Positions 38,869 through 49,388 of a DNA stretch of 58,932 nt are shown here, one piece after another (positions within the stretch are counted from its first letter, which is position 1; each line of letters starts with the position of its first letter). The notes below the pieces were generated by a model, which made no database searches, was not told the DNA's origin, and saw nothing but the letters and a program-made list of their open reading frames with translations. Location: assembly GCA_944386745.1 (NCBI GenBank), contig CALXCG010000002.1, forward strand, positions 1 through 58,932. The letters run 5' to 3'. Origin of the DNA: an uncultured Clostridia bacterium (GTDB lineage Bacteria > Bacillota > Clostridia > TANB77 > CAG-508). Both the position numbers and the translations under genes were made by a program.

Positions 38869-39327
38869 ATGCGGGAAAAAGAATTCTTAAAAGAATTAAT
38901 AAGGCTTTTTCATGAAGAAAGAGTTGTTGAGAAACTTGTTGAAACTCAAAAAGAAGAAGGACTTGTAGGAGTCTATACTGTCTATAATGAGCTAAAAAGA
39001 AAATTCTTAGCGAAGACCATTAAATTAAGGCAAGAGGTTTGTCGAGCAGTTGATAACAAAAAAGTATATATTGATGATGCTAATTATGAAATTAATGCAG
39101 ATGATTCATTACAAATATGTGTTATTTGTATGATGAGTAATATAAGCGAAACAAATTTGCTGAAAACTTGGTTTCAATTGATATCTGCGTTAAAAAAGGT
39201 TAATGGTGAATATCAGCAACTTGCTAACAAGTTTGTAAACTTTCTTAGTGTTGAATGTGGTTGTGAAGGAGAAAACTTTACAACATACAATACAGGAGAA
39301 TTGTTAGAAATGTTTTTCTCTGATTAA
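38869..39327 (+). CDS. Hypothetical protein (152 aa)
   Basis: RBS aggagg; no recognised motif. Confidence 0.4.
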   Translation: MREKEFLKELIRLFHEERVVEKLVETQKEEGLVGVYTVYNELKRKFLAKTIKLRQEVCRAVDNKKVYIDDANYEINADDSLQICVICMMSNISETNLLKTWFQLISALKKVNGEYQQLANKFVNFLSVECGCEGENFTTYNTGELLEMFFSD

Positions 39328-39368
39328 ATCCTAACTCAAACACGCTAAAAACTAATACAAAAAAAGTT

Positions 39369-40106
39369 CTAGGCAATTCCCAGAACTTTTTTTGCTCTCT
39401 GAACATCATCATTATTTGTATCTCTCACACCATCTAGTTCATATTTTAGACAAAGTTTTTCCCATTTATATTTTCCCATACTGTGATATGGAAGAATTTC
39501 AACTTTTTGAACATTAGACAAAGAATTTATAAAATCTTTTAATTTTAGTAAATCATTACTATCATCAGTATATCCTGGAATTAAAACTTGTCTAATCCAA
39601 ACAGGGATATTATTATCACTTAAATATTTGGCAAATTCTAATTCCAACTTATTTCCAACACCGACTAAAGACTTACATTTTTCATTATCTATATGCTTAA
39701 TATCTAATAGGACTAAATCAGTTAAAGTTAAAAGTTTTTTTACATCATTAGTTAAAGCAACCATACCAGAGGTGTCAATGCAAGTGTGAATATTATACTC
39801 CTTTAATTTAGTAAATAAAGCTATCAAAAAATGAACTTGAAGTAATGGCTCTCCGCCAGTTACAGTAACTCCACCGTCTGGATGGATATAATTTCTATAA
39901 CGTAGAATTTTGTTTAATATTTCATCCAAAGATTGGTAATGTCCACCATTAATATCCCAAGTATCACGATTATGGCAATATTTGCATTGAAGATGGCAAC
40001 CTTGTAAAAATAATACAAATCTAATTCCAGGACCATCAACAGTTCCAAAAGATTCTATTGAGTGAACTTTGGCGTAGTATTGTAAATCTTTGTTAGTATT
40101 ATTCAT
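39369..40106 (-). CDS. pflA: Pyruvate formate-lyase activating enzyme (radical SAM)
   Basis: GCHLQCKYCHNRDTW cluster motif and GGVTVTGGEPLLQ. Confidence 0.9.
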   Translation of the reverse strand: MNNTNKDLQYYAKVHSIESFGTVDGPGIRFVLFLQGCHLQCKYCHNRDTWDINGGHYQSLDEILNKILRYRNYIHPDGGVTVTGGEPLLQVHFLIALFTKLKEYNIHTCIDTSGMVALTNDVKKLLTLTDLVLLDIKHIDNEKCKSLVGVGNKLELEFAKYLSDNNIPVWIRQVLIPGYTDDSNDLLKLKDFINSLSNVQKVEILPYHSMGKYKWEKLCLKYELDGVRDTNNDDVQRAKKVLGIA

Positions 40107-40131
40107 GATAAATTTCCTTTCATATGACTAT

Positions 40132-40151
40132 GGACCGTCCCCCTAATCCCT
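40132..40151 (-). repeat. Single GGGATT-AGGGGGACGGTCC unit (copy R5) between pflB and pflA
   Basis: The reverse complement agggattagggggacggtcc is identical to the first unit of R3. Confidence 0.85.
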
Positions 40152-40153
40152 GT

Positions 40154-42391
40154 CTAGATTTTCTCGTGTATTGTTCTGTGTATTACGTCTAATTGTTGTT
40201 CTCTTGTTAATTTTGTGAAGTGTACTGCATATCCTGATACTCTTATTGTTAATTGTGGATATTTTTCAGGATGTTCCATTGCATCTTCTAATAGGCTTCT
40301 ATCAAATACATTTACATTTATATGATGCCCTGTTTGTTTAAAATATCCATCAAGCATTGTAATTAGGTTCGTAACACGTTGTTCTTCTGTTTTTCCAAGT
40401 GTTCCAGGTGTTATTGAGAATGTGTATGATATTCCATCCTCTGCTGAGTCAAATGGTAATTTTGCAATTGAGTTCATTACTGCTAAAGCTCCATTTGTAT
40501 CTCTTCCATGTAATGGGTTTGCTCCTGGTCCGAATGGTTCTCCAGCTCTTCTTCCATCTGGAGTATTTCCTGTTGCTTTACCATATACAACATTTGAAGT
40601 TATTGTTAATATTGATAAAGTGTGTTTTGAATGTCTATATGTTTGATGTTTTCTTAATTTATTCATAAATTTCTTTGTGATATCAACTGCTATTTGATCT
40701 ACTCTATCATCATCATTTCCGAATTTTGGAAAATCACCTTCGACTTCATAATCAACAGCAAGTCCATCTTCATTTCTGATTACTTTAACTTTTGCATATT
40801 TTATTGCAGATAGTGAGTCTGCTACAACAGATAATCCAGCTATACCACAAGCCATTGTTCTTAATATTTCTCTATCATGTAATGCCATCTCAATTGCTTC
40901 ATATGAATATTTGTCATGCATATAATGAATTGCATTTAAAGCTTTAATATAAATTCTTGCAACATAATCCATCATTTGGTCAAATTTTGTCATTACTTCG
41001 TCATAATCTAAATATTCAGAAGTTATTGGTGCAAAGATTGGTGTAACCTGTTTTCCTGACATTTCATCTCTACCACCATTGATTGCGTATAGTAAAGTTT
41101 TTGCTAAGTTTGCTCTTGCACCGAAGAATTGCATTTGTTTACCAATTTTCATAGGTGATACACAACAAGCGATTCCATAGTCATCTCCTAAAGTGATTCT
41201 CATTAAATCATCATTTTCGTATTGAATTGAAGAAGTTTCAATAGACAATTTTGTAGTATACTTTTTAAATCCTTCTGGAAGTCTTGTTGACCATAAAACT
41301 GTTAAGTTTGGTTCTGGAGCAGGACCTAAAGTTTCTAATGTATGAAGTAATCTAAAAGAATTTTTAGTAACTAATGTTCTACCATCAATTCCCATACCAC
41401 CAATACTTTCAGTTACCCAAACTGGATCTCCACTAAATAGTTCGTTATATTCAGGCGTTCTTAAGAAACGTACTAATCTTAATTTCATAACAAAATGATC
41501 CATAATTTCTTGTGCTTCTTCTTCAGTTATAACACCATTTTTTAAATCTCTTTCAAAATAGATGTCTAAGAAAGTTGATGTTCTTCCTATACTCATTGCA
41601 GCACCGTTTTGGTCTTTTATTGCCCCTAAATATCCAAAGTATAACCATTGTACAGCTTCTCTTGCGTTGCTTGCAGGTTTAGAAATATCAAATCCATATT
41701 TTGAAGCCATAACTTTTAATTCATTTAGAGCTTTAATTTGTTCACTAATTTCTTCTCTTTCACGAATAACTTCTTCAGTCATTTCATCAACATTTAAAAC
41801 TTCTAATTCATCTTTTTTCTCATCTATTAAAACATCAACACCATATAGAGCAACACGTCTATAATCTCCAATGATTCTTCCACGTCCGTATCCATCAGGT
41901 AATCCTGTTAATAAATGAGAACTTCTTGCAGCTCTAATATCAGGAGTATAAACACTAAATACTCCATCATTGTGTGTTTTTCTATATTTATGGAAGATTT
42001 CTTCAACTTCATCATCTACTTTTCTTCCATATGCTTCACATGATTTTTCTACAATTCTGATTCCTCCAAAAGGCATGATAGCTCTTTTTAAAGGTGCGTC
42101 AGTTTGAAGTCCTACTATATCTTCCAAGTCTTTATCAATATATCCGGCTTCATGGCTAGAAACTGTAGATACAGTTTTTGTATCTATATCTAGTACTCCA
42201 CCTTCTGAATCATGTTCTTTTTGATATAATTCTAAAACTTCATCCCATAGTTTTTTGGTTTTTTCAGTTGCTCCAGCTAAGAAAGAACTGTCTCCTTCAT
42301 ATGGTTTGTAGTTTTTTTGTATAAATTCTCTTACATTTATTTCGTCTTGCCAATCTCCTAATGTAAATCCATTCCATTGTTCAAATTTCAT
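40154..42391 (-). CDS. pflB: Formate C-acetyltransferase (pyruvate formate-lyase)
   Basis: MKFEQWNGF start after aggaggt, the catalytic ACCVSPM motif and the glycyl-radical motif RVSGYAVHF. The upstream ORF-track extension lacks an RBS. Confidence 0.95.
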   Translation of the reverse strand: MKFEQWNGFTLGDWQDEINVREFIQKNYKPYEGDSSFLAGATEKTKKLWDEVLELYQKEHDSEGGVLDIDTKTVSTVSSHEAGYIDKDLEDIVGLQTDAPLKRAIMPFGGIRIVEKSCEAYGRKVDDEVEEIFHKYRKTHNDGVFSVYTPDIRAARSSHLLTGLPDGYGRGRIIGDYRRVALYGVDVLIDEKKDELEVLNVDEMTEEVIREREEISEQIKALNELKVMASKYGFDISKPASNAREAVQWLYFGYLGAIKDQNGAAMSIGRTSTFLDIYFERDLKNGVITEEEAQEIMDHFVMKLRLVRFLRTPEYNELFSGDPVWVTESIGGMGIDGRTLVTKNSFRLLHTLETLGPAPEPNLTVLWSTRLPEGFKKYTTKLSIETSSIQYENDDLMRITLGDDYGIACCVSPMKIGKQMQFFGARANLAKTLLYAINGGRDEMSGKQVTPIFAPITSEYLDYDEVMTKFDQMMDYVARIYIKALNAIHYMHDKYSYEAIEMALHDREILRTMACGIAGLSVVADSLSAIKYAKVKVIRNEDGLAVDYEVEGDFPKFGNDDDRVDQIAVDITKKFMNKLRKHQTYRHSKHTLSILTITSNVVYGKATGNTPDGRRAGEPFGPGANPLHGRDTNGALAVMNSIAKLPFDSAEDGISYTFSITPGTLGKTEEQRVTNLITMLDGYFKQTGHHINVNVFDRSLLEDAMEHPEKYPQLTIRVSGYAVHFTKLTREQQLDVIHRTIHEKI

Positions 42392-42536
42392 AATATACCT
42401 CCTTATATATTTTTTATTCAACTTAAATTTATTGTCTTTTATAGTATTGACAAATTCACTATCATTTATGATACCATAGCTATAAAAGTTATGCAATGAA
42501 AATAGGTAATTTTGTCAAAATAAAATTCATATGAAA

Positions 42537-42671
42537 GATTATTGTATTTTTTATTTGTAACTCACAGCATCACACAGTCTGTGAATAATTAACTAAAATA
42601 GTATAAATATAATATAACAGACTGTAGTTTGCTGGTCCCCACGAATTGTTACTACATAAAAAATACAATAA
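42537..42671. repeat. 135-nt nested inverted repeat upstream of pflB
   Basis: 17-nt perfect outer arms (42537-42553 / 42655-42671), gtaac/gttac, and inner acagtctgt / acagactgt. Confidence 0.7.
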
Positions 42672-42816
42672 TTTTTCATAACAGTAACTAAATTTGATTT
42701 AACAAAATCATAATAATAAAAATAGAAAAAGACTGTTGCTTTTGCAACAAAAAATAAAAACACCATGATTTTCTATAAAAGAAAATTTTAGGTGTTTAAA
42801 ATAAGGATTGTAAACA

Positions 42817-43008
42817 TTATTTATTTTTTATAAATCTTAAAACTTCATCATCTGGAATTTTAAGAACTTTAACAATTTTTTTGAAAGTAGAAATTCTAGT
42901 CTTTTCTTCGTTATGCTCTAAACGTTGTAATTGACGCCAACTAATACCAATTTCTTCAGCTAATTCTTCTTGAGTTAATTTATTTTGTAATCTATATTGA
43001 CGAATCAT
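42817..43008 (-). CDS. XRE-family HTH transcriptional regulator (63 aa)
   Basis: LTQEELAEEIGISWRQLQRLE HTH. Confidence 0.8.
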   Translation of the reverse strand: MIRQYRLQNKLTQEELAEEIGISWRQLQRLEHNEEKTRISTFKKIVKVLKIPDDEVLRFIKNK

Positions 43009-43299
43009 TTCTTACCTCCATAGTAAAAGTATAAAAATATTATACAATATAGAAAATGAAAAAAGTACGACAAAAATGACGTAAACACGATATAATTTTA
43101 TAAAAATAGATAAAATTTATATAAAACAAATCTTATACATAAAATATTGTGTATAAGAAAGTGACATAATTTTGACATTAAAATTAAAAAAATACATATA
43201 TAGGCACATAAAAAAATAATTCTGAATTTAATATCTATCGAATATTTTCAATAAATAAAATTCAGAATTATTTGTTCAAAAAAATTTCAATATATAAAA

Positions 43300-43638
43300 T
43301 TATTCTTCATCTAAATCAGTATCAGCAATTGTTTTTGCAACATTGTATATTAATTTTTGTTTTGCAGGAGAGCAGTTTTTAATTAAATCTGCAAATTCTC
43401 TGTCAAGATATTCTTTTGAATTACTAGATGCACCATTTAAAAGATAACCTTCTGTTACATCTAATAAACCACATAATTGATTTAATCTTTTTAAATTTAT
43501 ATGAGAATTACCTCTTTCTACTCTGCTTAAAAAAGCTACTGATATATCAATTTTTTCTGCTAAATCTTCTTGAGTTAAATTTTTTGCAAGTCTTGCTTGT
43601 TTAATTCTTTGACCGATTACTGTATAATCTAAAGCCAT
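43300..43638 (-). CDS. XRE-family HTH transcriptional regulator (112 aa)
   Basis: IGQRIKQARLAKNLTQEDLAEKIDISVAFLSRVERG. ATG at 43638 follows aaggtga. Confidence 0.8.
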   Translation of the reverse strand: MALDYTVIGQRIKQARLAKNLTQEDLAEKIDISVAFLSRVERGNSHINLKRLNQLCGLLDVTEGYLLNGASSNSKEYLDREFADLIKNCSPAKQKLIYNVAKTIADTDLDEE

Positions 43639-43955
43639 TTTTATCACCTTCCTATTTTTATTATATGCATATAATAGCATTTTATAGTTTAAATTTACAG
43701 AAACTAAAAAACATATATATAACCTATAGGTTAAATTATTTTGAAAAAATTTGCAAGTATGTATAAAGAAAAAGTAAGAAAAAGCAAGGAAAAACAAGGA
43801 AATGTGAGAAAAATATGGAAAAAATATAGTTAAAAAAGATTAATTAAGGCTAAAGTTGACAAATTATATAAAAATATGTATACATAATTTGATTTTGTAA
43901 AGAATATATAGTATAATATACATTAGTCGCGTTAAAAAAAGCATCAAAAAGGAGA

Positions 43956-44963
43956 GTGAAGTTTATTTTAAAAAATAGATTAAAATACTATACGAAAGAA
44001 GTTATGAAGTATTTTAACATTGCTATTATAGCTTTTGGTTTTATAATCGCGATTGTACTAATAAAATATAGACCAGTCTATAAAGTAAGCATATCTGGTG
44101 AAGAATTAGGATATATAGAAAATATACAATCATTTGAAGAGAATTTGAAAAATGAAATTATTAGTGAAGAAACAAAAAATGTTGACAGTATAAATTTATC
44201 TGAAGAACCAGAATATGAGTTAAAACTTATTAATAGAACACTTGAGACAAACGAAAAAGAAATTGCAACTGAAATCGAAGATGAAGTAGTTGTAACATAT
44301 AAATATTATGATGTAGCATATAAAAATGAAACAATACAATCTGTTAACACAATTGAAGAAGCAGAAGAAATTGTAAATGAAATAAAAGAAAATAATAATG
44401 AACAAGATGTAGATTTGACAATTATAGAAAAATATACTGAAAATGAAGAAGAAGTTAATACTTCTGAATTAGAAGTAGCTAAAACTGAAACTCAGACAAT
44501 AGTTGCTGAAAAAATTGAGGAAGAACAAAAGCAAAAAGAGGAAGAGGAAAGAATAAATAGCCTTCCAGATATTAATGGAATAAAATTGGCCGTAACACCA
44601 ATTGAAGGAACAATTACATCACGTTATGGTGCAAATAGTAGAATTAGAAAATCAACACATACAGGTTTAGATATTGCGGCAACGAAAGGAACTCCAATTA
44701 AGGTTGTTGCAGCAGGTACTGTAATATCTGCAAGTTATGATGGCTCATATGGTAATTTAGTAAAAGTGGACCATGGAAATGGTGTTGAAACTTGGTATGC
44801 TCATACAAGTAAAATGTATGTAAAAGTTGGTGAACAAGTTGAAGCGGGAGATGTGATTGCAGCAGTTGGTTCTACTGGAAATTCAACAGGACCTCATTTA
44901 CATTTAGAAATTAGAGTTAATGGAGAACATGTAAACCCACAAAATTATTTATATAATAACTAA
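43956..44963 (+). CDS. M23 family metallopeptidase (LytM domain) with N-terminal TM
   Basis: HTGLDIAATKGTPIKVVAAGTV and GNSTGPHLHLEIRVNG; start uncertain. Confidence 0.85.
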   Translation: MKFILKNRLKYYTKEVMKYFNIAIIAFGFIIAIVLIKYRPVYKVSISGEELGYIENIQSFEENLKNEIISEETKNVDSINLSEEPEYELKLINRTLETNEKEIATEIEDEVVVTYKYYDVAYKNETIQSVNTIEEAEEIVNEIKENNNEQDVDLTIIEKYTENEEEVNTSELEVAKTETQTIVAEKIEEEQKQKEEEERINSLPDINGIKLAVTPIEGTITSRYGANSRIRKSTHTGLDIAATKGTPIKVVAAGTVISASYDGSYGNLVKVDHGNGVETWYAHTSKMYVKVGEQVEAGDVIAAVGSTGNSTGPHLHLEIRVNGEHVNPQNYLYNN

Positions 44964-45041
44964 AGTCGAATTATAAAATTTTATTTATGAAGTGGCTAAC
45001 ATTGCAGAATAAAAAATGTCGAGAAAATAGAACGATTTTTC

Positions 45042-45069
45042 TTGACATTTTTTAGTAATAATATATAAT
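45042..45069 (+). promoter_or_regulatory. Candidate sigma-A promoter of adhE
   Basis: TTGACA, 16-nt spacer, TATAAT. The -35 is embedded in the 3' arm of a hairpin (45012-45052). Confidence 0.5.
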
Positions 45070-45104
45070 TGAAGTGGTTAAACTAAAGATAGGAGGCGAA
45101 GTAA

Positions 45105-47717
45105 ATGGCAGAAGTAAGCGCACAAGAAGAACAAAAAGTTCAAAAAATGATAAATGAACTTGTAGAAAAAGCAAAAATAGCATCACAGGAGTACATGAAA
45201 TTAGACCAAGAAGCAGTAGATAAAATAACAAAAGCAATGTCAATGGCAGGGCTAGAACATCATATGGAACTTGCAAAATTAGCAGTAGAAGAAACAAAAA
45301 GAGGAATATATGAAGATAAAATAACAAAGAACATGTTTGCAACAGAATATGTATATCATAGCATTAAATATGAAAAAACAGTAGGTATAATTAGTGAAAA
45401 TGAAGAAGAAGGATATGTAGAAATAGCAGAACCAGTAGGAATAATTGCAGGAGTTACGCCTGTTACAAATCCAACTTCTACAACAATGTTTAAATCAATA
45501 ATAGCAGCAAAAACAAGAAATGTAATAATATTTGGATTTCATCCATCTGCACAAAAATCAAGTAGTGCTGCAGCAAAAATTTTAAGAGATGCAGCAATTA
45601 AAGCAGGAGCTCCAGAAAATTGTATATTATGGATTGAAGAGCCATCAATAACTGCAACAAGAATGTTAATGAATCATCCTGATGTAAACTTAATACTTGC
45701 AACAGGTGGAACAGGAATGGTTAGGTCAGCATATTCTTGTGGAAAACCAGCATTAGGAGTAGGACCTGGAAATGTACCTTGCTATATTGATAAAACAGCA
45801 AAATTAAAAACATCAGTAAATGATTTAGTAATGTCTAAAGCATTTGATAATGGAATGATATGTGCATCAGAACAAGCAGTATTAGTTGATAGAGAGATTT
45901 ACGAAGAATTTGAAAAATTAATGAGAGAAGCAGGATGCTATTTTGTAAATCCAGAAGAAAAGAAAAAATTACAAGATAGCATGTTTGATTATACAGAAGA
46001 ATATGGGTATAAATTAAAATCACATGTTCCAGGACAATCACCATATACAATTGCAAAAGAGGCAGGATTTGAGATACCAGAAGACACAAAAGTAATAGTT
46101 GTATATGAGGAAGGAATCGGAAGAGAATATCCATTTTCAAAAGAAAAATTAAGCCCAGTTTTAACATATTATATAGTTGAAAACGAAGATGAAGGAATAA
46201 AAAAATCAGAACAATTGATTGAATTTGGTGGATTAGGGCATTCAGCAGTTATTCATTCTGAAAATAGGGATACAATATTAAGATTTTCAGAAACTATGAA
46301 AGCAGGAAGAATAATTGTAAATTCTCCATCTACTCATGGAGCAATTGGTGATATATATAACACAAATATGCCATCATTAACACTTGGATGTGGTTCATTT
46401 GGTGGAAATTCAACAACGGCTAATGTATCATCAGTAAATTTAATTAATATAAAAAGAGTAGCGAAAAGGAGAGTTAATATGCAATGGTTTAAAATTCCAG
46501 AAAAAATATATTTTGAAGCAGGTTCAATTCAATACTTAGAAAAAATGCCAGATATAACAAGAGCATTTATTGTAACAGATGAAGGAATGGTAAAATTAGG
46601 ATATGTAGATAAAATTCTATATCATTTAAGAAAAAGACAACAATATGTACATTCAGAAATATTTAGTGAAGTAGAATCAGATCCATCATTTGATACAATC
46701 AAAAAAGGTGTAGAGCTAATTAAAAACTTTAATCCTGATGTAATAATTGCATTAGGAGGAGGAAGTCCAATAGATGCTGCAAAAGGCATGTGGCTATTTT
46801 ATGAACATCCTGAAGCAGATGCTGAAGGTTTAAAATTGAAATTTATGGATATTAGGAAAAGAACATATAAATTTCCTAAGTTAGGAACAAAATGTAAAAT
46901 GGTAGCAATACCAACAACATCAGGAACAGGTTCAGAAGTAACATCATTTGCGGTAATTACTGATAAAGAGAAAAATAAAAAATATCCATTAGCAGATTAT
47001 GAGCTAACACCAGATGTTGCAATAGTAGATCCAGATTTAGTAATGAGTTTGCCAAAATCAGTTACAGCAGATACAGGAATGGATGTTTTAACACATGCAA
47101 TTGAGGCATATGTATCAAATATGGCATCAGATTACACAGATGGATTAGCAGAAAAGGCAGTAGAACTTGTATTTGAAAATTTACAAGAAGCATATGAACA
47201 TGGAGATAATAAACTAGCAAGAGAAAAGATGCATAATGCAAGTACAATAGCAGGAATGGCATTTACAAATGCATTTTTAGGAATTAACCATTCATTAGCA
47301 CATAAAATAGGTGGAGAGTTCCATTTACCACATGGAAGAATAAATGCAATTTTATTACCATATGTAATAAGATACAATAGTTCAAAACCAAGTAAATTTG
47401 TATCATTTCCTAAATATGAATATTTCATAGCAAATCAAAAATATTATAGATTAGCTAAAAAGGCAGGATTAAAAGCAGATACAGTAGAAGAGGGAATCAA
47501 TAGTTTAATTGAAAAAATCATAGAAATGAACAAAAAATTAAATATTCCAAGCACATTTAAAGAAGCTGGAATAGATGAACAGGAATTTTTAGCAAAAGTA
47601 GATATGTTAGCTGATAGAGCGTTTGAAGACCAATGTACAACAGCAAATCCACGCGTGCCTCTAGTAACAGAGTTAAAACAAATATTACTAGATTCATACT
47701 ATGGAAAAAGGGATTAG
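45105..47717 (+). CDS. adhE: Bifunctional acetaldehyde-CoA / alcohol dehydrogenase
   Basis: 870 aa. N-terminal aldehyde dehydrogenase domain (CASEQ active site) and C-terminal iron-ADH domain ([10 protein letters not shown]). Confidence 0.95.
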   Translation: MAEVSAQEEQKVQKMINELVEKAKIASQEYMKLDQEAVDKITKAMSMAGLEHHMELAKLAVEETKRGIYEDKITKNMFATEYVYHSIKYEKTVGIISENEEEGYVEIAEPVGIIAGVTPVTNPTSTTMFKSIIAAKTRNVIIFGFHPSAQKSSSAAAKILRDAAIKAGAPENCILWIEEPSITATRMLMNHPDVNLILATGGTGMVRSAYSCGKPALGVGPGNVPCYIDKTAKLKTSVNDLVMSKAFDNGMICASEQAVLVDREIYEEFEKLMREAGCYFVNPEEKKKLQDSMFDYTEEYGYKLKSHVPGQSPYTIAKEAGFEIPEDTKVIVVYEEGIGREYPFSKEKLSPVLTYYIVENEDEGIKKSEQLIEFGGLGHSAVIHSENRDTILRFSETMKAGRIIVNSPSTHGAIGDIYNTNMPSLTLGCGSFGGNSTTANVSSVNLINIKRVAKRRVNMQWFKIPEKIYFEAGSIQYLEKMPDITRAFIVTDEGMVKLGYVDKILYHLRKRQQYVHSEIFSEVESDPSFDTIKKGVELIKNFNPDVIIALGGGSPIDAAKGMWLFYEHPEADAEGLKLKFMDIRKRTYKFPKLGTKCKMVAIPTTSGTGSEVTSFAVITDKEKNKKYPLADYELTPDVAIVDPDLVMSLPKSVTADTGMDVLTHAIEAYVSNMASDYTDGLAEKAVELVFENLQEAYEHGDNKLAREKMHNASTIAGMAFTNAFLGINHSLAHKIGGEFHLPHGRINAILLPYVIRYNSSKPSKFVSFPKYEYFIANQKYYRLAKKAGLKADTVEEGINSLIEKIIEMNKKLNIPSTFKEAGIDEQEFLAKVDMLADRAFEDQCTTANPRVPLVTELKQILLDSYYGKRD

Positions 47718-47763
47718 GGGACGGTCCTAAAAATCCCTGCTTTTAGGGATTTAGGGACAGACC
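47709..47763 (+). repeat. GGGATTT-AGGGGACGG hairpin repeat, double unit (copy R6)
   Basis: agggattaggggacggtcctaaaaatccctgcttttagggatttagggacagacc. It encodes the final RD and the TAG stop of adhE. Confidence 0.9.
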
Positions 47764-47900
47764 TTGAAAAAATAAGGGAAAATAGATATAAAATTATAAA
47801 ATCAAGTAGTTCTGTAACTTTTTTGTGAATTGCTTGATTTTTTTTATATGTGAATATATAATTTATTGGACACAAAAATTTAGAAAGCAAGGTGAAATGT

Positions 47901-49229
47901 ATGAGTGCGTGGAATAAATTTCAAGATATGATAAATGAAAGAAAAAATAAAATAGTAAATAGAAATATAGAAAAGGCTGAAAATGTTGCTCAAAATACTG
48001 GGTTTGAAGAAGCTCTTGAAATTGTATTAGATACTATTAGGCAGAATCCAGATATGGCTACTGAGATTATAGCTAAAGCAAAGCAAAGTGGAAAGTTGAA
48101 AGATCAAGTAGCAATGGATGCAATGAAAGAGATTCCAAATATAGAGCAAATAGAAAATCCAGAAGAAACTTTAGTTGAAACTGCAGAAAAAACAGATTTT
48201 AATACAACTCAAATAAAAGAGATAATCAAAGAAACTGATATGAGTCTAAAAACAGCAAAAAAAGTGGCAGAACAAATACCAAATGATGAAATAAGAAAAG
48301 CTGAAAAAGCAAGGTTAGAAGAAATAGAAAGAGAAGAAAGAATCGAGCAGAAAAGACAACAAGAACAAGAATTAAATAAAGAATTAAAAGAAATGTACGT
48401 AAATTGTAAAGGAATAAGAGATACTGATATATTGACTAGATTAGAAGAAATAAAAAAACAAAATAGAAGTTTAAAAGTAAAAGAAATAATTACTCGAATT
48501 TTAGCAAGAAAGGCTGCAATTGAATTCAGACAAGTTGGAAACACAAGATTATTTGAAATGAAAAAGGTTGTTACTCCAGAAGAAATGTTAGAAAGTAAAT
48601 TTCCAGATTTAGTTCAAGAAGAGTTTGAACAAATAAAAGATATAAAGGCATATAAAGGAATTGATGGAAAACAACATAAATATAATAAGGAAATTTTAAT
48701 GCAGGGTATATTGAGTGAAATAGCTAAAAATGTTGCGAGTACTTTTAATGATGTTGGAGTAATAGATATTCCCCAATCTGAAGCAATGAAAGAAATAACA
48801 GACGAACAAGAAGAATATTTTATTTCCCAAATACAAATATATGGAAAAGATATTACAGATATAGAAAAAATAAAAAAACAAATTAGAGGAATTGTTAGCT
48901 ATCAGCTGAAAGACTTGGAAGAAATGATAAAAAAAGTGCCAGAAGATGAAATTGGTGAATATGTGCAAAGTTTTAAAGCTCAAATAGCTAAAGGTAAACA
49001 GAAAGGCAAAAAAAGTAAAAAATTAAATTCAGAAATAGAAGGAGAAATTGATGAATTAAAGGATTTACTAGCGGAATTAGATTCAGAAGATGCTTTAGAC
49101 ATTTTGCAGATAGCTAAGGAAAAATCTCAAGAAAGAGTAAAAGATAGAAATAGTGAAAAAGTAAGTGAAACAGAAAAATTAAAATCAGCAGGAACAACTC
49201 AATCAGATGATAATGAAAATTTGCGTTAG
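47901..49229 (+). CDS. Hypothetical Glu/Lys-rich coiled-coil protein
   Basis: ATG after aaggtg; highly charged low-complexity composition. Confidence 0.45.
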   Translation: MSAWNKFQDMINERKNKIVNRNIEKAENVAQNTGFEEALEIVLDTIRQNPDMATEIIAKAKQSGKLKDQVAMDAMKEIPNIEQIENPEETLVETAEKTDFNTTQIKEIIKETDMSLKTAKKVAEQIPNDEIRKAEKARLEEIEREERIEQKRQQEQELNKELKEMYVNCKGIRDTDILTRLEEIKKQNRSLKVKEIITRILARKAAIEFRQVGNTRLFEMKKVVTPEEMLESKFPDLVQEEFEQIKDIKAYKGIDGKQHKYNKEILMQGILSEIAKNVASTFNDVGVIDIPQSEAMKEITDEQEEYFISQIQIYGKDITDIEKIKKQIRGIVSYQLKDLEEMIKKVPEDEIGEYVQSFKAQIAKGKQKGKKSKKLNSEIEGEIDELKDLLAELDSEDALDILQIAKEKSQERVKDRNSEKVSETEKLKSAGTTQSDDNENLR

Positions 49230-49247
49230 ATTAATGTATTGAATTAA

Positions 49248-49288
49248 AAATGACAAGTGTTAATATTATCAATTAATACTTGTCATTT
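49248..49288 (+). terminator. Intrinsic terminator
   Basis: aaatgacaagt / acttgtcattt stem then ttt. Confidence 0.6.
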
Positions 49289-49327
49289 TAAGAATCATTC
49301 CTAAATTTTTAAAGTCATGAATTTGAA

Positions 49328-49383
49328 GGTCCGTCCCTAAATCCCTAAAAGCAGGGATTTTTAGGACCGTCCCCAAAATCCCT
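49328..49383 (-). repeat. GGGATTT-AGGGGACGG hairpin repeat, double unit, inverted (copy R7)
   Basis: The reverse complement matches R6. It ends 5 nt from the asnS stop codon. Confidence 0.9.
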
Positions 49384-49388
49384 CCCTG

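Noticed and set aside
43132-43157. Inverted repeat cttataca-N10-tgtataag between the two XRE genes as an operator
   Set aside because: It is plausible but short and AT-rich. Such 8-mers arise easily by chance here, and no second half-site pattern was found.
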